A DNA stretch of 63,874 nt, filler included, from Octopus bimaculoides (taxonomy: Eukaryota), in assembly GCF_001194135.2 (NCBI RefSeq). It is 5 parts of 3 records of this genome, joined end to end, with 100 filler letters (N's around TTAATTAATTAA, not from the genome) between each part and the next. Parts side by side here need not be neighbours in the genome. Positions count along the whole stretch, not along the records: positions 42,155 to 59,973 come from NC_069002.1; positions 60,074 to 62,547 come from NC_068983.1; positions 62,648 to 63,874 come from NC_068996.1; 2 more parts are not named here. One strand, written 5' to 3'. A program made the position numbers and the translations under genes. The notes under the pieces were generated by a model. That model ran no database searches. It was not told the origin of the DNA and worked only from the letters and a program-made list of their open reading frames with translations. The first letter of the stretch is position 1; each line of letters opens with the position of its first letter. Below are positions 54,061 through 63,874 of the stretch, in pieces.

Positions 54061-54620
54061 TAAAAGATTTTCTACAAATACAGACACTAGAGTCTTCGTA
54101 GCATTCTGAAAAAAGAACACGATACGTTCAGATTAAATTGGCATACCACACAGAAGTTCATCAAAACAGAATTCATTTCAACATTTTAGAATTTTACAAA
54201 ATTTTGAAACCTAGTTATATACCATAAAGGAATTGGCCACTCTCAGAGAAACGATGGGGTATGTTTCGTATACTTCGCGCATGCGCAGTCATACTTGTAA
54301 CGCATGTATACTAATACAACATTGACATTAGCATACCGAATCACTAATACGGTATTATAATGTCAACTTCATGTATTATTAAGACAAAAATTTTTTATAT
54401 CCATCTGATGATTGCTAAAAGCAAAGTTTTTTTAAAAGATACGAAACTTTAAAAGCCAGATCACAAAGTGAATTACTGCAACTACAGTGCAACAAATACA
54501 TCACTCCACTGATTACTTTTCTTTTATTTGTAAAGGCAATTTCAATTATATATAGACATATGTATGTATATGTATATATGCATATGTATGCATATATGTG
54601 TATATATACATATGTATGTA

Positions 54621-54661
<41 letters not shown>

Positions 54662-55366
54662 TATAATACACACTTGTACACATGAAAGAATATGTATGTG
54701 TATACTCTATTTGAGTTTTTGCCTTCGGCCGATCACGTGATTGGTTCTGTATTAGATAATGTCGGCACCAATTAAAATATAAAACACATTATAATATAAA
54801 TACTATCATAAACACACACATACTATTTTATTAATGCTGAAAAAGTTTCACAAACTATTATTCAGTTTCACGTGACCGATCATAAAACAGCTATGATATT
54901 ATATCTTAGTAAAGATATTCTATAAATGGTGTGTATAAACAAGCGTTTATGGATACCAGGTCAACGACTAAGAATTTAAAGCTGGTTGGATAGCTATTTT
55001 TGATTTTGCTCTATCTTTGGTAGTCGAGTACTATTTCCGACCTTGTTTGATACCTGTGTGTGTGTGTGTGTAGTTGTAATAATGAAGTCAAACCAAAAGG
55101 TTTACGCAATGGATGCATTTCTTATTATGTATTTATTAGGTCCACGTGAAACGTGCGTATTAAATGATTTCGAAATACCAGCTTTTGGTTTGACTTCATT
55201 AGTACAATTAACACAACTCGATGCGAGTACAGACTAGTCGGTTTTGACTCCACTCACGCGGATAGTCTGACGACGACTTGGAGTAGTTTGTTACATTTGA
55301 CTCGAGTCGAAATTCTGGCATCGTGCACAGCTTCTTAACATTAACACGAAATAATGTGTGCATGCG

Positions 55367-55419
<53 letters not shown>

Positions 55420-55656
55420 GTATATATATNNNNNNNNNNNNNNNNNNNNNNNNNNNNNNNNNNNNNNNNNNNNNNNNNNNNNNNNNNNNNNNNNNNNNNN
55501 NNNNNNNNNNNNNNNNNNNNNNNNNNNNNNNNNNNNNNNNNNNNNNNNNNNNNNNNNNNNNNNNNNNNNNNNNNNNNNNNNNNNNNNNNNNNNNNNNNNN
55601 NNNNNNNNNNNNNNNNNNNNNNNNNNNNNNNNNNNNNNNNNNNNNNNNNNNNNNNN

Positions 55657-55720
<64 letters not shown>

Positions 55721-55889
55721 ATATATATATATATTACAACTTTTACATTATGATAGTGGTAGATGGATTAAAATACCAGTTTATATTATATCTTTTCCTT
55801 CTCAGAAAAATGTTACCAATCTATCCAAACAAATTTGGAAACTAAATGAAAATAGAACTTCAATATCCTCTAGTGAAATCATTAATGAT

Positions 55890-56375
55890 CGAAGCTGTGC
55901 ACGGACGGTACTGCCCTGGCACTGATAAAAAGCCTTTGATAGTGTACACTGCCACCAGTCACTCTGGAAGTCCCTTCTGACATATAGTGTCCCCAGTCGA
56001 TATATCACAATATTTGTATCACTTTATCAAGACTGAAGTTGCTGTGTAAAAACAGAATAGGGATGTATTGAGTAAAACCAGATTTATTGTTTAAAAACAG
56101 AATCTGGATTTATTGAGTTTTTTTTTTCCAATCCTATCAGGAGTGCAACAAATATGCATCCTATCCCAATACTTTTTCTTGGTAATCCCAGATTACGCTC
56201 TTAGAAAGTTATCGGAAGCCTGTGGGCATGGCTTACAATGCAGAAGAATGAAAGGGAAAGATTTAGACTTTGCTGGTGACTTAGTTCTTCTTGCCAACAA
56301 CCGCACAAAAATACAGACTTTGACAAATGCCTTAACTGAAACAGTTGAAAAGATTCGCATGAGAGTAAATACGGT
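55890..56375 (+). mobile_element. RTE-clade RT fragment
   Basis: KAFDSVH..SLWKSLLTYSVP; SGVQQICILSQYFFLVIPDYALRK; DLDFAGDLVLL. Confidence 0.75.
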
Positions 56376-56394
56376 ATATGTGTGTACACACACA

Positions 56395-56438
<44 letters not shown>

Positions 56439-56579
56439 CATACATACATACATACATACATTTTCAAAATGTAACTACATGTGGATCGTTGGATGGAATA
56501 CAGGAGCCCAGGTAGCAAAAATTGGCAACTGGTTCAATAGGTCCCGATAAAAGTGTAAGATCACCCAAACCAGCATTTC

Positions 56580-57072
56580 CAATCAGTGATTATGGTTTTT
56601 GTCTTTGAGCAGTTTATTGAGAGACCGACTTCAATGGCAGCCGACTTTAGGTTTGTGAGGAGAATGCGAGCATTTGCGACTGTAAGTGTGACGAGTACGG
56701 TATCGTCTGCGAAGTCGAGGTCAGTGAAATACGATGTTGGATGAGATGAACCTTGGCGGGGACGAAATTATATGCCAAGTTCAGTTATCTTAGCGTGTTG
56801 TACACTGTCCAAGACTATAATGAAAAGAAAAGGGGTTAAGTTGTCTCCTTGAAAAATTCCTGTGTTGACTGCGTATGTGTCGGTGTCCCCGTTAAGGACA
56901 TAGGCTCGGGAATAGGGGACGCAGGGGGTGCGTTTGCGACCCCTAATTTTTTTTGGGGGGTGGAGGGTGATGCAAACGCTTTAAACATTTTAGGTTGAAC
57001 CTGGGTTTGCAGTCCCTAAGAAAATGTCGTTCCTACACTTATGGTCGAGGATGCACAGGAACATTTGCAGTC

Positions 57073-57107
<35 letters not shown>

Positions 57108-57400
57108 CAGGTAGCATTTAGAACATCATTTCGTATGCCATAAGCAGAGAGAGAGAGAATATGCAACATACGCGCACGGTGGACAGAGTCTAAGGCTTTG
57201 GGGAAATCCTCAAAGACGGAGCAGAAAGATGCATCTTTCTTTGCTGAGATGGTTTCATTGAATTGGCGAAGAATTAAGATTGGTAATACTGAGCTACATG
57301 GTACCATAGCAGGATCTTTCTGACCTGATTCCTCGAAGTCAATAGAAAGAGTGTTGTATTCGGGAAATGCTAAGGTCCTAGCGAACTCTAATCTTTCGGT
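56580..57400 (-). mobile_element. RTE-clade RT fragment (second copy, convergent), interrupted at ~56890-57000
   Basis: VFEDFPKALDSVHRARMLHIL; GDTDTYAVNTGIFQGDNLTPFLFIIVLD; TDLDFADDTVL; AAIEVGLSINCSKTK. Confidence 0.82.
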
Positions 57401-57609
57401 ACATATTTATATAGGAGACAGAAAGTGCTCAATGTGCTGAAGTAGAGCTAAAATGATATAATTCAAACCACATGCGAGGATATACACGATAAATATGAGG
57501 AAGTTGAGATACTAAATATTAGTATACAAACTTCCTCATGCATCTCGCATGTACACCCTTGCATGAATGTGTGTTTGTGTACATGCATATGTGTGCGAGT
57601 GTGTGTGAG

Positions 57610-57650
<41 letters not shown>

Positions 57651-58139
57651 GCTTGTGTACATACATAGACATATACAGACACATATGTATGAGTGTGCAT
57701 GTGTGTGTATACATCGATGCATGTGCATGTGTATATGCATGCATATTTTTCTCTCTCTCTCTCTATATATATGTGTATGTATATGTATGTATATACATAT
57801 ATTTAAACACACAGGCATACAGATAGATATATATATACACAGACACACATACACACATATATATGTGTCTGTGTGCGTGTGTTTGCATGTGTGAATATGC
57901 GTATGTCTCTGCATATATGCATACATACACGCATACACATATACACACATACAGTAACACACACACACACAGTACCACACACACACACAATACCACACAC
58001 ACACACACGTGAAGTTCTTGGTAACTATATTAACACACATGTCGACATGTATTTAGTTGGGAAAGAAAGCGGTTAAAATCTAGTTCAGCTCCAAGTCATG
58101 AGTGCATGTTGCAAATATAAACGACCTGCATTGGTATTG

Positions 58140-58870
58140 GAAGACAGAGGGAGAGAATGAGAGGGAGAGAGAAGAAGAAGCGGTAGAAGAGAAAGAGGGG
58201 GAGCGAGAAGAAAAGCGAGATAGAAAGAGGAAGCTGAGGTAGAGTGAGAGAGAGAGATAGAGTGGGACGGGAGAGAAAAAGAGCGACAGAGGGAGAAGGA
58301 GCGACAGAGAGAGAGAGAGAGAGGGGGAGGATGTGATATAGAGAGAAAGAAAGGATGAGAAAGAGGGGAAAAGGAAGTAGAGCGAAATAGAGACAAAAAT
58401 AGAGAGAGAGAAAGTAAGAGAGAGTGTGCAAGAGGGTGAAAGAAAGGTGAAGAAAGACAAGCAGAGAGAGAGAGGGAGGGAGGGAGAGTGGCAAAGGGAG
58501 AGAGAAAAGATAGGGGGCTGAGGGGGAGAGAAAAGCGGAGGGAGTGAGAGGAGAGAGAGAGAGAGAAAAAGAAAAGAAAGTGAGCGAGGGAGAAAGAGAT
58601 GAAGATGGAGATAGAGGAAGAAAGGTTGAGAGAGAGAGAGAGAGAAAGAGAAAAGGATAAAAAAGACAGAAAGAGACGGATAAATAATAAGACAGAGAGA
58701 GAGAGAAAGAAAGAAGGATAAAGAATAAGACAGAAAGAGAAAGGTAATGCGAGAGAAGCAGAGAAATATGAGAGAGGGAGGGAGGGAGGAAAGAGCGAGA
58801 GGGAGGAGGAAGCTAGAGAGAAAAGAGAAGGAGGAGGAGAGATGTAGAAGGAAACAAAATCTGAGGAAGA
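58140..58870. repeat. Polypurine/polypyrimidine (GA-rich) low-complexity tract, ~730 bp
   Basis: Almost exclusively A/G on the plus strand. Confidence 0.9.
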
Positions 58871-59316
58871 GAAATAACTTTTCTTTCTCTCTCTCTCAAG
58901 TCCGCCACACAACATTGCCCAAGCCAGGCGTTAAACAACTGACCACCACGCTGAGAAACACAAACACAAACAAGAATGTCTGCGAAGAAAGCCTTGACGG
59001 CTGTTAAAGGATTTTCGTTGCGGTTCACAGAAATGACACAAGAATGAAGAAACGGGAGATGCAATAGGTTTCGGGGAAGATAATGGAACGAAGGAACCCT
59101 CGCCTTGTCATCGTTTCTCGGTTTTGAATATCAAAGTTTGATCTATGGATGCAGAAGTATCTCTGTTTATTCATTGTTGGGAGTGGTGGCCATGGAATCA
59201 TGTCCGTTTCTTTAAATGTTTTTTTTTTTGTGTGTTTTGAAATTCTGAGACACTGGTATGTGTGTGTTTATGTATGTATATGTATACATGCATGCGTATA
59301 TGCATGTGTGTGTATA

Positions 59317-59358
<42 letters not shown>

Positions 59359-61320
59359 AGTCTCGGTATCTATCTATTTATCTAAATTTCAGCATTTTTA
59401 GCTGCTATTTCTGAACTTCGGTATGCGGTGAAGCAACCTGTTGCTGAACCCTTAATTTTGTTTATAAATATCTAAATTATATATTGAAATACGCATTTAC
59501 ACACATACATGAATACCTACACACATATAAATGCATATTTATACATTTATATATGTTCATATATACACGTATATATATGCATGTGTATATATGTATATAC
59601 GTCCTATATACATATGATTGTATATATATATATGTATGTATATATATACCGAGCTTGGTAGGTGTAAAACACTAAGTGGTATCTCTTGTCAAGAGTACAG
59701 GTGACAATTAGATCGCTGATGTGTGTTGTGCACTCCGCTGTCGTTATTTGATTACTGTTATTCTGCGCGTCTGTGTGCAAAGATCAGTTGCCTTTTGCAA
59801 GAGTGCTTTATTTTTAACCTTAACATAAAAATGGAGAAAGACGCCATAGTGCTAGATATAAAAAACAAGCCATTTGGGGCTAGGAATATCGCAGAAAAAC
59901 GTGAAATTCTTCGAGCAGGCGAAATCTGTGATGAGCCTGAGGGACACTGATGACCTGGAGTCGCGTCATATATNNNNNNNNNNNNNNNNNNNNNNNNNNN
60001 NNNNNNNNNNNNNNNNNTTAATTAATTAANNNNNNNNNNNNNNNNNNNNNNNNNNNNNNNNNNNNNNNNNNNNAAAACTTTCTAGTAAAGCTGAAGTTAG
60101 CAAATCTTATGTCTTCATAATGGTTATAACTAGCTAAAATAATTTGATGTATGCACACACAAATGTACACATTAACATATACGCATAGGCCTTGCTTAAA
60201 ATACTTATTCATTTATTTCTTGTTAAGTTAATAGTTGTTGAAGTACAAATTTCTGTTTTTTCTTTTACTCATTTTGTTTTGATAAATCTTTTTTATTTTA
60301 TATCTGTTTCTGTATTGTTTTTATTTTGGTTTAAAGCTATTGATGGTGGGAGGGAAAAAAAAAATCTTAATGCGAAACATTCTCGTCACAAATCGCGTCC
60401 TGTTTGAAGTGGCAGGTCTGATCAGTGAGCGGATGTTCACCAAAGGGGATGCCAATAATGAGTTAGAAATCTAAATTTGGAAACTATAAAAGGTGAAGAG
60501 AGCTGTGGTAGAGGCTGACAGGTGGGCAGGTGGGGTGATCGGCAATGGCGGTGGTTTTGTGGTTAGACAAGGAATAGAATGGTTATTTAAATGATAAAAA
60601 TCAGCATGACTGCAGTAAGCAATGCTGCCTGCAGATTAGAAGGAAAAAAAGAAAGAAGAAGAAGGGAAAAAAATGAAAATACTCTTTTTTTTCTTTATCA
60701 AGCAGTGAACAGATGAACATTATGTGTAGAAAAACAATCCCATTAATTCTAAAATAGTTGTTTTATTAGTATTTTTTGTCTTTTTACAATTTTGTTGTTT
60801 ATTTTTTTTGTGTGTTTTGGTTTCCCCCCTCCTTTTATTTTTCATATTCTTGTCTGTTTTAATGGGTTCTTTACACACCTAGTCATACAAACATCTCACA
60901 TGCACACATATATCTACACAAACAGATATACATACATATATACATACACACATATATATCTATACATACAGATATACATACATATATACATACACACATA
61001 TATATCTACACATACAGATATGCATATATATATATACATATGTATATATATAAATATGTATACATATATATACATATATGTGCATGTGTGTGTGTGTGTG
61101 CATACAGATACCTCAAAATATACATAGATGCACACACTGAGATGCTAACACTTACATATAAGGATGCATACTCATACACACACACAGTCATGTATGCATA
61201 CACACACACACACACACACACACATATTTACACATAGATTTATAAGTATATCTAAAGTATACCTATATTTGTGTGTGTATCTATAATATATATATACATA
61301 TAGTTATCTCTCTCTCTCAT

Positions 61321-61387
<67 letters not shown>

Positions 61388-62664
61388 NNNNNNNNNNNNN
61401 NNNNNNNNNNNNNNNNNNNNNNNNNNNNNNNNNNNNNNNNNNNNNNNNNNNNNNNNNNNNNNNNNNNNNNNNNNNNNNNNNNNNNNNNNNNNNNNNNNNN
61501 NNNNNNNNNNNNNNNNNNNNNNNNNNNNNNNNNNNNNNNNNNNNNNNNNNNNNNNNNNNNNNNNNNNNNNNNNNNNNNNNNNNNNNNNNNNNNNNNNNNN
61601 NNNNNNNNNNNNNNNNNNNNNNNNNNNNNNNNNNNNNNNNNNNNNNNNNNNNNNNNNNNNNNNNNNNNNNNNNNNNNNNNNNNNNNNNNNNNNNNNNNNN
61701 NNNNNNNNNNNNNNNNNNNNNNNNNNNNNNNNNNNNNNNNNNTATATATATAAACCACTGCACTTATACACACAGACATACATATGCACACAAACAAATA
61801 AACATACAAGCATGAGTGCATATGCACATATGTGTAAGGGTATATTTTTACATAACGAAGTACATGGATGGATGGATATGTGTATATGAACATATATGTA
61901 TACGTGTGCATTTATACATATACACACAAAAATATGCACACACGTACACAACCATATATGTATATATATGTATATATGTTTCTGTACATATATTTACACA
62001 ATATCACAGTTTTTACACATGTTCATACATGCATATGCAACAATCAATAATTTTAATGCAACAGAAAATTGCTAAAGGTGCACAATACTAACAGACACTC
62101 ATGTACATACATGCATACATACATGCATACATATACACACAATCACACACACACACACAATGGGAGAGAGGGAGGAAGTATATATGTTTGCATGTATGTA
62201 GGTAAGTAGGTGAACATGCGACTGCATCTATGCATGTGTTTGTATTGCATGTATAAACACATGCGCAGGCACAAACACACACACACACACACACACATAC
62301 ACACACACATACACACACGCATAAACAGAGTGCAATTTTACATTATTTTAGTGTGTCTTACATCTAAAATAGGTACGTGCTGTAAGAGGCAGCTGTAGAA
62401 TGTAAAACCCTGAAACAATAAGGAAACCATTATGAGTACAACATTTATAGGGCTGACAAGATTAAGCCCCATTTTAGTCAGAAAAAATTAAAAGATTTTG
62501 TTATAGTTGTTATTTATTCACATTGTTGCCTAAGATTATTCTTCATGNNNNNNNNNNNNNNNNNNNNNNNNNNNNNNNNNNNNNNNNNNNNTTAATTAAT
62601 TAANNNNNNNNNNNNNNNNNNNNNNNNNNNNNNNNNNNNNNNNNNNNATATATATATATATATA

Positions 62665-62858
62665 CGTTTTCGTGCGGGTGACACGTAAAAGCACCCACTA
62701 CACTCTCTAATTGGTTGGCGTTAGGAAGGGCATCCAGCTGTAGAAACTCTGCCAAATTGGATTGGTGCCTGGTGTTGCCATCCGGTTTCACCAGTCCTCA
62801 GTCAAATCGTCCAACCCATGCTAGCATGGAAAGCGGACGTTAAACGACGACGATGATG
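62665..62858 (+). mobile_element. SINE 3' half with RTE-related segment and (GAT)n tail
   Basis: ggttggcgttaggaagggcatccagctgtagaaac ... aacccatgctagcatggaaagcggacgttaaacgacgacgatgatgat. Confidence 0.75.
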
Positions 62859-63227
62859 ATATATAAAGAGAGAGAGAGAGATAGGCAGAGAGGGAGGAAG
62901 AGAGCCTGTCTTTGCGAAGTCTTTTCATCTCATTAGAAATAATAGCCTGATGACTTCTTTAAAAAAGACACGTTGGACTGTACATCTATTAATTTTTTCT
63001 TTGCTTCAGTTATTAGACAGTGGCCATGGTGGGGCACAACCTTGAAGAAGTGCAGTCAAACAAATCAACACCAGTACATATATTTTTCTTTTGCTGAACT
63101 ACTAAGCTGCAAGGATGTAAATATACCAACACCAGTCGTCAAGTGGGGGAACAAATACAGAAAAAAAAATGCACAGAAACATACATATATGTAATTATAT
63201 ATAATATATATAAATATATCTATATAT

Positions 63228-63526
63228 ATTAGGTTACTAAATAAGCACCTGTTTCGCTAAAAATAGAAGTTAAAATACTTGTAAACCACAGAAGAATCAC
63301 TCAATTAATACAGGCATGATAGGAAAACAAAATTTTAATGAACAAGAATAGTGTTTTACCGCTGCCAAGGATGCAGGAGGAGTGTCAGTTGATTTGATAT
63401 CATGGTTTTGAATTTAGCGCCAAAGGCACTTAATCATGCCTGTATCAATTTAGTGATTCTTCTGTGGTTTAGAAGTATTTTGACTTCTATTTTTAGTGAA
63501 ATAGGTGCTCATTTAATACCCTAGTA
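63228..63526. mobile_element. ~300-bp MITE with ~90-bp TIRs, inside the (TA)n tract of a SINE (63000-63815)
   Basis: ttaggttactaaataagcacc...caggcatgat is inverted relative to atcatgcctg...ggtgctcatttaataccctag; SINE halves lie on either side. Confidence 0.75.
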
Positions 63527-63820
63527 TATATAAATATATTTATATATATTATATATAATTTTTAATTTGCCTATATGGCTTTTATGCTTCCAGCCACTAA
63601 CATTATCATTTTTAGAAATTATATCATTCTTTTATATTTATACATATATATATACGTGCATATATGACAGGCTTCTTTCAGTTTTTGTGTACTAAATCCA
63701 TTCACAAGGGTTTGGTCAGCTTAAGCTTGTATAAGAAACTTTCTTGCGTTGTCATGCACTGGAAATGAACCTGGAACCATGTGGTTAGGAAGCAAGCTTC
63801 TTACCACATGACCATGTCTG

Positions 63821-63874
<54 letters not shown>

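Noticed and set aside
54268-54277. GCGCATGCGC palindrome (NRF1-like site)
   Set aside because: A single 10-mer among decayed repeats with no promoter context.
54385-54465. CTGATGA...GAAAC near the end of a PLE fragment (similar weak cases at ~38800 and ~62945)
   Set aside because: I could not build consistent stems I-III; at most highly decayed hammerhead relics.
58080-58915. S/L/F-rich or E/R/K-rich ORFs up to 276 aa
   Set aside because: Translation products of a GA/CT low-complexity tract.

Overview
AT-rich, microsatellite-saturated animal genomic DNA with many N-gaps. The SINE families and repeat landscape look like an octopus (coleoid cephalopod) genome; this is my recognition of the repeats, not a database match. 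I found no intact host protein-coding gene, rRNA, true tRNA or CRISPR array. Nearly all ORFs in the supplied track are artefacts of simple repeats or N-runs. The window is a graveyard of mobile elements: at least six Penelope-like element (PLE) fragments, a CR1-group LINE RT, RTE fragments, two R4/Dong-like RLE fragments, a decayed Helitron RepHel, a Tc1/mariner (maT-like) relic, several MITEs and at least five SINE families. The strongest signal is a 28.1-33.6 kb cluster. One ~350-bp unit carrying a type I hammerhead ribozyme occurs four times in an inverted arrangement: once as an empty head-to-head palindrome, and once as inverted arms around a 5'-truncated PLE ORF. Three of the four hammerhead cores are canonical, and stem II is unusually long. 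At least seven more hammerhead-like motifs from other families, several with non-canonical cores, are scattered through the window. PLE hammerheads are known biology; the specific architecture and core variants here are what merit testing. Four 100-bp N-TTAATTAATTAA-N spacers are artificial joins, so long-range contiguity is not guaranteed.
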